NCBI GenBank assembly: GCA_013239625.1
Contig: MU053645.1
Span: 1,542,274-1,606,273, forward strand
Source: Lama guanicoe
Taxonomy: Eukaryota
DNA: 64,000 nucleotides
Direction of reading: 5' to 3'
Numbering within the stretch: the stretch's first letter is position 1; every line of letters begins with the position of its first letter. Under the pieces are notes generated by a model. It was not told the origin of the DNA. It did not search any database and saw only the letters and a program-made list of their open reading frames with translations. This document shows, piece after piece, positions 13,730 to 24,110 of the stretch. The translations under genes were made by a program, and so were the position numbers.

Positions 13730-14650
13730 ACAAGAAAATGCAAAGAAAATTTACAGAATGGAAGGAAATACTTGTAAACCATAAAGAGTCTAGTATTCAG
13801 AATATATAAAGAACTTTTACAACTCTACAACAAAAAGACAAACATCCAGTTAATAAACAGGCAAAAGACAGAAATAGACATTTCCCCAAAGATACAAATG
13901 GCTAATAAGCATACGAAAATATGCTTAATATCATTAATCATTAGAAAAATGTAAATCAAAGCCACAGTGATACCACTTCGCACCTAGTAGGATGGCTATA
14001 AAGGAAAAAAATCCTGAAAATAACAGGGATTGGCAAGGATGTGTATAAATTGAAACTCTCGTACACTGCTGGTAGAAATGTAAAATAGTGCAACTGCAGG
14101 AGAAAACAGTTTGGTGGTTCTTCAAAAAGTTAAACCTATGACCCAGAAACCCCACTCCTAAATATATACCCAGAAGAATTGAAAACAGATATTCAAACAA
14201 AATTTGTACACGAATGTTCAAGCAATCATAGCAATCAAAGCAGCAATAGTCACAAACACCAAAAGGTGGAAACAAGTCAAATATACATGAAGTGATGCAA
14301 ATGAATAAGCAAATGTGGCATATCTGTGCAATGGAATATTATTCAAACATAAAAAGGACTGGGGTACTGATACATGCTACAATATGGATGAACCTCAAAA
14401 ACAGGATGATAAGTGAGAGATCTCAGACACAAATGGTCACGTATGAAATGTCCAGAATAGGAAAATCCATAGAAACAGAAAGCACATTAGTGCTGACCAG
14501 GGGCTGCAGGGAGAGGGGACTGGAAAATGACTGCTAATGGGTATGGACTTTCTTCATAAGATGATGAAAATGGTTTTGAATTAGATAATAGCAAGGGTTG
14601 CACAACATTGTGAACATACTAGAAATGACTGAATAGTATATTTAACTTTT
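13730..14650 (+). mobile_element. Old L1M (L1MB-like) 3' fragment
   Basis: Degenerate ORF2 C-terminal region and L1M 3' UTR. Confidence 0.8.
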
Positions 14651-14916
14651 AAAAAGTAATAGCTACCATTATTGAGCATGTTCTCCCTACAAAGCATCAT
14701 TCTAAGAGGGTTCAAATCCAAGATCCAACACTTACTAGCTGGATGCCTTTAGGCAAGTTACTTAACCTCTCTATGACTCAACAACATCATCTGTAAAATG
14801 AGGATAATAGAAATATCTACCTCCATAGGTTTGTTATGAGGATTAAATGCATTAATATGAATAAAGTACTTTGAACATTGCTTGGCATATAGTAAGAATT
14901 AGCTATGTGTTAGCTA

Positions 14917-15236
14917 CAGGCACACCTCATTTTATTGTGTTTCACTTTGTTGTGCTTTGCAGATATTGCGCTTTTTACAAATTGAAGGTGTGCAGCAACC
15001 CTGCGTTGTCAGATGATGGTTAGCATTTTTTAGCCATCGAGCATTTTTAAGTGACGGTACCTCTGTTGTTTTTTTAGACATGCTGCTATTGCACACTCAA
15101 TAGACTACAGCATAGTGTAAGCGTAACTTTTATATGCATCAAGAAAATAAAAACTTCATGTGACTTGCTTCATTTCATGATTTGCTTTATTGCAGTGGAC
15201 TGAAACTGAACCCACAATATCTCCGAGGTATTCCTA
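14917..15236. mobile_element. Internally deleted Tigger1-like DNA transposon flanked by MIR fragments
   Basis: TIRs CAGGCACACCTC / GAGGTATTCCTA with TA target duplications. MIR core sequence at ~14705-14910 and ~15245-15430. Confidence 0.8.
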
Positions 15237-17630
15237 TACCGTGATCATTTCAATTAATCCTCATAACAACCCCATGAAGTAGGTACTATTAGTTATTTCC
15301 ACTTTACAGATAAGAAAACTAAGGCACAAGGAGAATGAGTAACTCACCAGGTTAGCCAGCCAGTAAGTGGCAGGCAAAGCTAGGATTCAGACACCAGCAG
15401 TCTGGCTTTAGGGTCCCTGCTCTCAACTATTGCCATGCTCAACCTCACATAAATCTCACATATCAAGCACTTGAATTCATAGCTATTTTTGCCGAGGATG
15501 AGACTCAGTTAGGTATTTAAGGTTTTCAAAAAGTGAATCAATGTAAGCAAACACGTTAAGTAAATACTACCATAGCTGGTACCCAGGTATGGCAAAACTT
15601 TCACGGGTACGTGAATGACTGAGGTGCAGAAAATACTGGAGTAAAAACCATGGAAATCTAAGCTGTGACAGAACATACCGAAGCCATTACCCATGGAACA
15701 TCCCTTGACATCTGTTTGAAAGCGAATTGGTCAATCAGCCATTTATTAGCTACCCATCACCCCCTGGGAATATATGACCACAGTGGTGGTCACAGTGCCC
15801 GAAAACATTTGAATTTCTTTTGCAGTTAAAAGAGAAAATATTAATATGAAACAACCCAAATTATATTCATCTTTATATCAACACAGTTGTAAAATATAAT
15901 TTTAAAAAATTTTTATGGAGCCAAGGGCCTAAGAAGGCAAAAATGCGTAGGGCTCAGAAAAGCCCGAGGGGGTGATTCTGACATATGGGACTCGTGACCT
16001 CCCCCTCTTGACTGTGTCTTCAAGGAACCAGCTCAGCAGCCAATGCATATAGCATCCAGCTCCTTTTAGTGTGCCCTCAGTGTTGAGCAAAAGCCAAGAG
16101 ACCACGTTTGGGAAAACCAGCACTACTGGATCACAAACCTCTGGCTTAGGGAGATCCAGCAAGGCTCCGGAGCAAGGGGGGAGAGGCTTGATCCAGAGCA
16201 AGAGGAGGAGGAGACCGCTGAACCCCTGACACTCAGGATTTTTAAAGACTACACAGTGGCTTGCTTCCCCAAATACCTTAATCTTCCTCCATTCCTGCGT
16301 GGAACTTCAGCATCATTTACTCCTTTGAAAGAAGACGGCAAGAATATGGTGAAAAGCGCCCAGATTTACATCAGACTCGCTCTTACGACTATGACCAAGC
16401 GGCTTGGCTTCCCTGGGGCTCAGTTTTCTGGGTAAAAAATGGGGAAATAATAATGGTAGTTCTTAAAGTAAAAGTAGGATAAACTATGTACAGTCCCAAG
16501 CAGGGGACTGGTTTTTAAAAGTGATTGTTATAATACGAGGGACGTTAAAACGTCCTGGAACACCAGCGAACACTTCTTGGAGGAAGAACCACAGTCTTCA
16601 TTCGTGGCCCGGCCCTTTTTTAATTTGATACATCGGTGGGATGGGGGAGGGGAAACAGCTCAGTAAGATAATTCTATTTTTTTTAAATGGAGACAGAGAA
16701 GAGGAGGGGGTAGTGGAGAAGGCGAGGGACTCTTCCCAGGTCTATAGTGCTGGCCCGGGAATAAGGCGTGCCTTGGGCGCCTGCAGAGCGGCGTGCAGTG
16801 ATAAGCCCAGCAATAGCAAATGTTGCATGCTTCAGGCGCTGCAGGAAGGGGCCCGTGCAGCACAGGCATTCTTGGATACACTAAGCACTTGGCAGGTTTC
16901 TGCACTTGCACTGACGTGGGTTCATTATTAAAAATCTTAAGTCCTTGGAGCTTTCTCAAGAAGCACGTAGGGTTTCTTGCAGCGTGCATCTGAGCACCCG
17001 GACTGCTCCGCAAACCCAACCGCAAACTCCAGCTCCCGGAATGCACGGTGGGATCTGATTTCTAAAATCTCGTGCTAACAGCCTCCAAGTCAATCATTTT
17101 GTCCTAGCCACCAGCAGAATTCGCGGATTTTGTACACGAACGGAACAGAATCAGATAGTCCTATCCATCCCACCAACTTCTAGGAAGGGAGAGCCTTGCT
17201 TAGTTAGAGCCCAGTGCAGGAGAAACTTAACTTCGCTTTAGTGTGCTTGGTTTGCTGAGGGCTCCACGCTTTCCCCAGCCCTCTCTCTCCGCCTTTTCCT
17301 CTGAGGAAGCAGGGAGTACCGTGACATTCGCGGGCTGCGGAACATCGAGGGCTGGGCGGAGGAACATTGTCCAAACATTTCTGCGCGAGCGCCAAGAGCT
17401 CGTGTAAAATCGTGCCTCCCCCCCGCAAACGGCTTTCACAATCCAGCACAGCCCCTTCCTCCAATCAGACACTTCGTCTGAGTTGGAAACAGTCAGTTAA
17501 ACTAACTACAAGTTGGAATCACCGTTCCCCGAAAAAGCGCGCCCACGACCAGCTCTATTCTCACGCTCACTCGCCCTATTTTACTTACACGCCCCGGCCG
17601 CAAGCGCGCCACCGTCAGGTCCCACCGACA

Positions 17631-17725
17631 CCAATTAGAGGCAAGGTGAATGCTAGCAGTGGGCGTCTAACCGGCGCGAATGAGTACACTTTGAACCCGC
17701 GGAAGGCAACATACCCCTATATAAG
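17631..17725 (+). promoter_or_regulatory. ESX1: ESX1 proximal promoter: CCAAT box (17631-17635) and TATA box TATATAAG (17718-17725)
   Basis: Both motifs are read directly. They imply a TSS near 17750, and there is no ATG between there and 17880. Confidence 0.7.
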
Positions 17726-17879
17726 GCGCGCAAGCCTGAGAGTCGGCGCCAGAAGAGGTCCCGGCGCCAGAAGAGCTCCCCACCAGGACACTGGTCCCAG
17801 CTCAAGCCCAGCTCCAGGGATCCGCACGACCCCAGCGCAGTCTGCAGAAGCGCGAGGTTTCATCGACAGCAATCAGAAC

Positions 17880-17961
17880 ATGAATCGTTCTCCTGGCTGC
17901 AGCCACTCTGGCACAGGCTGTTACAGCCTGGGAGTCGGCGAGGGCATGGAAGAACTAAATG
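17880..17961 (+). CDS. ESX1: ESX1 coding exon 1 (MNRSPGCSHSGTGCYSLGVGEGMEELN + first base of D)
   Basis: ATG at 17880 with A at -3 (agaacATG), about 155 bp downstream of a TATA box. Donor G|GTGGGT at 17962. The peptide resembles the human ESX1 N-terminus as I recall it (MESLRGYTHSDIGYRSLAVGEDIEEVND). 82 nt, phase 1, in frame with the next exon. Confidence 0.88.
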
Positions 17962-18134
17962 GTGGGTGCCTAGACGGGGACAGGTGCTTTGGCAAATTCC
18001 AGAGAAGGAACTTTCCCTGGGAGGGGCGAGTGGACGGGACGCTGCACGGCAGTCGCTTCTCTTGCATCTCAGCCCTTTGCCCCCTCCAGTCCACCCATCT
18101 CCCTGGTATCTCTCTTTTTGCTCTTTTTTCCCAG

Positions 18135-18465
18135 ATGTGACGCCTACCGTGTTCTCGGAGGTTGTAAATGGAGAAGGGGCGGAGGGTACAGGAGCCGAAC
18201 CTGAGCCAGAAGTAGCAGCAGCAGCAGCAAACTACATTGGCTCGGCAGAGCCCAGGCCCTTGGACGACGAAAACCGTGAGGGCGGCGGCAGCGACGATGA
18301 CCTTGAGCCCCCGGAGCAGCAGATGGAGGTGGCCCCCCCAGCCGCTGAGGAGCCACAGGTCGCGGAGAGAAAGCAGCGCCGCAACCGCACTGCCTTCACC
18401 GAGCTGCAGCTGCGGGAGATGGAGAACCTTTTCCGTCGCGTTCAATACCCCGACGTGTTCGCGCG
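18135..18465 (+). CDS. ESX1: ESX1 coding exon 2: acidic region plus homeodomain residues 1-31
   Basis: Strong acceptor ctcttttttcccag and donor CG|GTGAGT. Encodes ...DDENREGGGSDDDLEPPEQQ...[33 protein letters not shown]. Confidence 0.95.
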
Positions 18466-19526
18466 GTGAGTACCTGGCTCCGGAGGCGCCCAGTTCTCCC
18501 GGGACCCACGCTCATCCCGGGGCGCCTTAGTCTCTTTCCCGGGACTCTCCCCCTCTTCTCCTGGGCCAAAAGCCACTTAGAAGACTCAAGGGCGCCGGAT
18601 CCGCCCTAGCTCTCTGGGGTTGGGGCAATGCCTATAGAGCTTGTGGGGTGCAAGACAGAAGCGGAACTAGAGTGAAACGAGTAAGGCAAGGCCGATTAAT
18701 CCTGCTTTCATTTAGAAGTTTGGCAATTTGTTCATCGTAGGATTTTTGCGTTCGTTTTTATATTTTGAATATTGCATTAAAATATTTATAGTGATTACTC
18801 AGCTTTTTCGCCCCCTTTAAATTTTGCGCACGAGGGGAGCACCTCTTTTGCCCTACCCTAGTCTCGACCCTGCCACGTGAAACGCTGTTTCCAGGCGGCA
18901 GTTCTGACCCTTAAAAAGACCGTGACTCATTCCCGTCGCTTGCTTTCCCCGGAGCACCTGTCGTCCAGATCCCCTTCGTATACGAACGGGCAGGACTATT
19001 CCGGCCCGATAGGAATGAAGGACCAGGACAAATCCGTGTGAGGTTTAGGCGCGCCCTTTCTAATTCCGCTGTATTCAGCCTTCGCCGGCCAAAGAGCAAA
19101 GAGATTTTCCCTTGAGCGCTTGGACGACGTGGTTTGAGAGTTCACCTCTCGCTTTTACAATGAATAGAAATACTCTGGTTCAAAACACCAATTTTTTTTA
19201 GTATTTTGGCGTTTTATTTATTTTCACGGAGGAATCTCCCAAGAAAAGAGTTTCAGGTTAATTCTCTGTTGCTTCCCAAACAGGAAAAAAAAAAAAAGGA
19301 TTGTCATACCCAACTAACAGACACACTACCAGGAATTTTCATATATATTCCCTTTTTATATTTTACTTAACAGATAAGGGGTCCATGGGAAAACCCTCCC
19401 TAAAGCAAACCTCAAGCTGTATTTCAGAAAACTGCACCGGGAGGAGGGGTAGAAATGTAAATGATACGTCTTATCCGTCTTATCCGTAATTCCACATGCT
19501 GAACCTTTACAATTTTACCCCCTCAG

Positions 19527-19572
19527 AGAGCAGCTTGCAGGACGCCTGAATTTGACTGAAGCCAGAGTGCAG
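19527..19572 (+). CDS. ESX1: ESX1 coding exon 3: 46-nt homeodomain exon (R)[15 protein letters not shown]
   Basis: Acceptor ttttaccccctcag and donor CAG|GTGAGT. Phases match exons 2 and 4. Too short to appear in the ORF track. Confidence 0.95.
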
Positions 19573-22500
19573 GTGAGTAAATCTTAAAAGAGGGATTGGT
19601 AGGGCAACCATTCTGAAACATACTTTAGGTTTTGTCCTGGAAATTCTCAAGTTGGTGTGTTTTGTTGTCTTTTCCATGTTTATTTTAGCAAGTGAGTTTT
19701 GAACATTGGGTGTTTTTAGGGTGGAAAATGGGACAAGTAAGCTCTAGCTTATGGGAATTTCCCATTACTAGAGGGAATATGATTTCCTAAAGGGAAATAA
19801 ATAGAATACACATCTCTCTCCTCCTTTCTACACACACACAAACACACACACACACACACACTTCTTTCCAATAAATAAATTTCATCTCCTTCTAACACTG
19901 GCATCTTTTAGGAAGGATGTTAGTCCTCCCTAAAGGAATATTCCTATACTGGGGCTCAGTCTCACCTGGGAAGTATTCAAATTAATGCTCTGAAGAGCTA
20001 GGTTATAAGAAAGTTCAACCATACTAAATTATTTAAAATACTTAAAACCAAGCATAAGCTCTTGGCTAAATGAGTGAACTTATAAATATTTAGACATTGG
20101 GGTGAGGGAGTAATTCAAACACAGAACATAGTACATGAGTAACTAATGTATGTTTAGTTAAGCTGAAACTGATGGCGGGGGGAGTGGCTTAAAAGTCCAA
20201 GTCCCACCCAGTGCCTAATACTCCTGCCGCTCTTTTTCAGTGTTTTGTAAAGCAGAGTGGCAGCCTTAAATTTTTTGTAACACCTTAAATTTTAATCTTT
20301 CTGGAAGATTTTGATGTCAGCCTGAAAACATTGCTAAATTATTGCAATTATGGTGGTAATGGGGAAAGGTTTGCAAGCTTTGAAAAATTATTTTTTATAA
20401 AATGAATCCAAAAAAGAGAAAGAACAATTTTGAATAGTTTCCACTAGTCTAAGGAGGGGTGAAAAGTTAGAGAAGAATTGTATACACTTAAATACACAGA
20501 GGCCATACATATTTGACTTTATGAAACTACTAGATGCATCTGTGAATATATTCTCTTGAAGAATTTTTAGCATCTAAGAATTTTGGGGGTCCTTTTTGGT
20601 GGTATTGTTTTGAAAAGGTAGGTTTTTCTGGAATTTGATTAGTTGTGAGGGTGCTCTCACGTCAGGCCAGATTCTCACCTGTGTTAATTTATAATATATT
20701 TTCAGTTACTCAGGCAGTGATTACAAATTTGTAGGTCATGAGATCAAAAGTGACTAACTGAGGTCACAGAACACAATAGTTACATCAAAGAAGTATTTCC
20801 CCCCTCAAAAAAGATAGATATGTATATACCTGAGATGGCTTAGTGGTTTTACCCCAGAGCACATGCATGAGGACAGTGATGGAAATGTATTGCCCATCTG
20901 TGGGTGGTGTGTGGTAGAAAGCAGGCCACTGGATGCTGGCATCCTAATGCCACAGGCTGAACCAACAGTCAAGCATGGTCTCAAAAGGAGTCCTCCACTT
21001 TCTCACACAGACAAGGTAAACCCAGAGGAAAAGAAAAACAAGGTTTGCTGAATTGCTCTTCCCCATCCCTGGGTTTACATAGTTCTCTCAATGGATTTCT
21101 GAAGGGAAAATGAGCCAGAAAACATAAATAAGGAAAAAGACAATGTTCTCATAAATTTCCAAACACTACAGCATGAATTTCCCCAAGAAACTTAAGAGAT
21201 ACTTTCCCCACCCATCTTTTGCAAATATAGTGGATCTGTTTGATGATACCAGCATTGGGAATATGGACCTGATATTGGCCCATCCCGAAATTTACCATAT
21301 GTGGGCTTTGGTTATGTTTAGGGCGATCTGACCACAGGCACATTTGAATCCCTCTAAACTGAGCTCTGTTACACTGGCCTTCTTCAGACTTCATATTTGT
21401 GCAGTACAAAGACACCAAATCCTAAGATGGGAAAGAGGCTTCAGCAGGCAGATAGAAAGGGCCCTTTGTCTCGTTTAAAACTTGCAGTTTAGGAACTTTC
21501 AAAGGGATTAAATACAATGCAGACCCCATCAACTAGTATACTAAGAGGACACGAAAGTCTAATTGACAACTTGTTTGTTTGTTTGTTTGTTAATAGTTGG
21601 CAAGCATTTAGGGAGGAGCCTCTTTTGTGACCCCTACCCCACGTGATTGAACATAATTGGACCTTCCTGCCTTAGGAATGAGTGATGGGATTGGGGTCTC
21701 CTGGATAAGGAGTGGAGCTGGCAAGGCCTGGGTGTCCTACTACTCTGGGTAGCAGTGGCACCCGTCCAGAATCCTGAAAGTGCAGCTAGAGCTGAATGAG
21801 CCGACCTCGTCCTGAGCCCGCGACGGTTTGGAGAGAAGGGCAGATTGGAGCATGCAAAACTGACAGCGGTGATAATACGGTGCCCAATATCTTATCTGGG
21901 GCAAAGGATTTTGAGTTTAGTGAATTTGGATTCATTTTAGCTAAACAATCCTTAAGGCTAATGGCTAAAGTATCAAGGCAGTGCCCAGGGCTTCAGTAAC
22001 TCTCATGTCCCAGCGATATAAGCCACAAAGTCTCTGGGATCTCCCCCTTGACATACCACCTGTTTAGTTTTAATGAGGTTTCAGAGAAAGACTCCTTAAA
22101 CATTCAACATGCCCATGAATTAGTTATTTCAGACTGAAGATGGGCTTTTCGAATAGAGGGTGGTTCCCCTCAGTATGATTTTAACTGGGCCCACCTTTAT
22201 CCCATGCTCAGCATCCCCCAAAACCAGGGTGACATTGTCCCTGATGAAAAGGGGGTGGAGGCAGCTAGACAGCTGATGGTCCAGCGTTTCTTTACCCTGT
22301 TCCCTGGCATGAACGTTAACACCAGAGACATGGTGCAATTCATCAGTTCGACCTGCATCCCAGATTTGGGGGAAAAACCATTGCAGAATATTAAAAATGA
22401 GAGAGAGATAAATCAATGGGCTGAAGTCTGGGCTAGGCTTGGTTCACTAAGGACGAGGGAGGAGGTGGGCTCTTTACTTTCCTAAGATATTTTACCAATA

Positions 22501-22623
22501 AGAAAATAGCTTCTCCTGCTGCTGTTGAAAATCTCAGTGGCAGAGTTGCGGGTCATATGTTTTCCATTATGATATTAACTGTTCAATATACTAAACCAAC
22601 TCCTTTTCCCCCTCTGATTGAAG

Positions 22624-23121
22624 GTTTGGTTTCAAAATAGACGAGCCAAGTGGAGAAGACAGCAGAGGGCACTGATGTTCAGAAACCTGGCCCCAGTTGC
22701 CGTGGGTCCCCCTGTGGGGATAATCCTTGATGGGCCCTATCATGCAATCCCTATTCTGGAGCCTATATGGAGATGTGTTCCTCTGTTGCCACCGCCAGTC
22801 ATGCCACCTCGGCTACCCCGGCCACGACCCCTGCGCCCTGGGCTACCACCGCCACCCATGTTCCCTGGGCCACCACCCATGTTCCCTGGGCCACCACCCA
22901 TGTTCCCTGGGCCACCACCTGTGTTCCCTGGGCCAGCACCTGTGTTCCCTGGGCCACCCGTGTTCCCTGGGCCACCCGTGTTCCCTGGGCCACCCGTGTT
23001 CCCTGGGCCACGCCTGGTCCCTGGGCGCCCCCCGCCACGTGTGCCTCCCTTTGCTCTGGCCCCTATAGGTGTGGCATGGGCCCCTGTCATCAATGGCCAT
23101 TTCGCCGGCCCCATTTTCTGA
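22624..23121 (+). CDS. ESX1: ESX1 coding exon 4: homeodomain helix 3 and proline-rich repeat C-terminus
   Basis: Pyrimidine tract then tgaag|GTTTGGTTTCAAAAT ([12 protein letters not shown]). Pro-rich repeats follow. The end [21 protein letters not shown] resembles the human ESX1 end as recalled (LAPVHITWAPVINSYYACPFF). Confidence 0.95.
   Translation, partial: [165 protein letters not shown]
22852..23010 (+). repeat. Coding minisatellite in ESX1 exon 4: 8 copies of core TGTTCCCTGGGCCA
   Basis: Cores start at 22859, 22880, 22901, 22922, 22943, 22961, 22979 and 22997, giving periods 21,21,21,21,18,18,18. Confidence 0.95.
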
Positions 23122-23275
23122 ATATGAGCCTCATGACAGTTTTTCCGAAGTGTTTTTCTGCCAGATAGGAATTGTGCACAGCACATTAGAAGTAGTTTAT
23201 CAGATACCTGTTAAATGAATTGAGTAAGTGAACAAGATTGGTGCCTGTTGTTTTTGAAGAGCCTGTTGTGTTTTC

Positions 23276-23281
23276 AATAAA
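23276..23281 (+). terminator. ESX1: ESX1 polyadenylation signal AATAAA
   Basis: First AATAAA after the stop codon, about 155 nt downstream. Confidence 0.75.
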
Positions 23282-23980
23282 AGATGCAAACTAGCAGTAT
23301 ATTGGTTTATGGCATCAAATGGGATAAGAAGGGTATGTATGGGGATTGCAAAGGCAATGCAATTCAAACCATGTCGAAGCTTCCTTTCATAATGTCACAG
23401 CCCCAAGTCACTGTAACAGACCATGCACATCACAGGGCTCGCCAGTGCCTGTGGCGGCTTTACACTGACCACACATTCTCATCCCCCCATCCTCATCCCC
23501 ACCCCACCCTGTTGGGAGCACATACATGTGCAAGCAAGATGGGAAGGGATGGGTCTCTCGTGAGAGGGCAGTGGTTCCAGTCAAGGAGCTCAGCAGCCCT
23601 GGGCTCAGGGAAACTTCCTGAGAGGCTGCCCTCCTGGCTGTAAGGGAAGGTGGCAGCCAAACATCTCCATTTTCGTGGAGGTGAGAGGACTGGGAACCAT
23701 TCTGGTTCAAAGACACAGGAGGGGGCTCCATTAAGATCAGAAAAGGGCTCTTTTCTATTTTCTCACCCCCACCCTCAGGCTGACAGAGCCTATTATTGTA
23801 GCTTCTCTAGCTCAGAGACAATCATACCTTCAAGGGTATTTCTCTTAAAATGCATTTCAAATATCCCTAAAGCATAGATCAGAACTTAATTATTCTAATA
23901 TAGGAAATTATTCTGATTTATAGAAAATCATCAGAAGTTGGCTATAGACAAATACATTTACCTGAGATAGATGGTCTTTA

Positions 23981-24110
23981 TATGTTTGTTTTGTTTTTGC
24001 AGGGGAAGTGATTAAGTTTATTTACTTTTTAATGGAGGTATTGGGGATTGAACCCCAGACCTCATGCATGCTAAGCAAGCACTCTACCAATTGAGCTACA
24101 CCCTCCCCTT
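23981..24110 (-). mobile_element. vic-1-like tRNA-derived SINE
   Basis: A and B boxes on minus. 13-bp TSD TAGATG(G/A)TCTTTA at 23968-23980 and 24111-24123. Confidence 0.88.

Larger units (their letters stand above)
16750..19140. promoter_or_regulatory. CpG island over the ESX1 promoter, exons 1-2 and part of intron 2
   Basis: Visibly high GC and CpG density against CpG-depleted flanks. Limits estimated by eye. Confidence 0.8.

Noticed and set aside
17921..18530. Antisense and alternative-frame ORFs over ESX1 exons 1-2
   Set aside because: GC-rich shadows of the real exons. The spliced model with canonical sites explains the region.
22727..23186. Repetitive ORFs in the other five frames (PWATT, LGHHPCS, GPGNTG, WPREHG), and a superficial CRISPR-like periodicity
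   Set aside because: The repeat unit has no stop in any frame and its periods are multiples of 3. There are no unique spacers and the DNA is mammalian.
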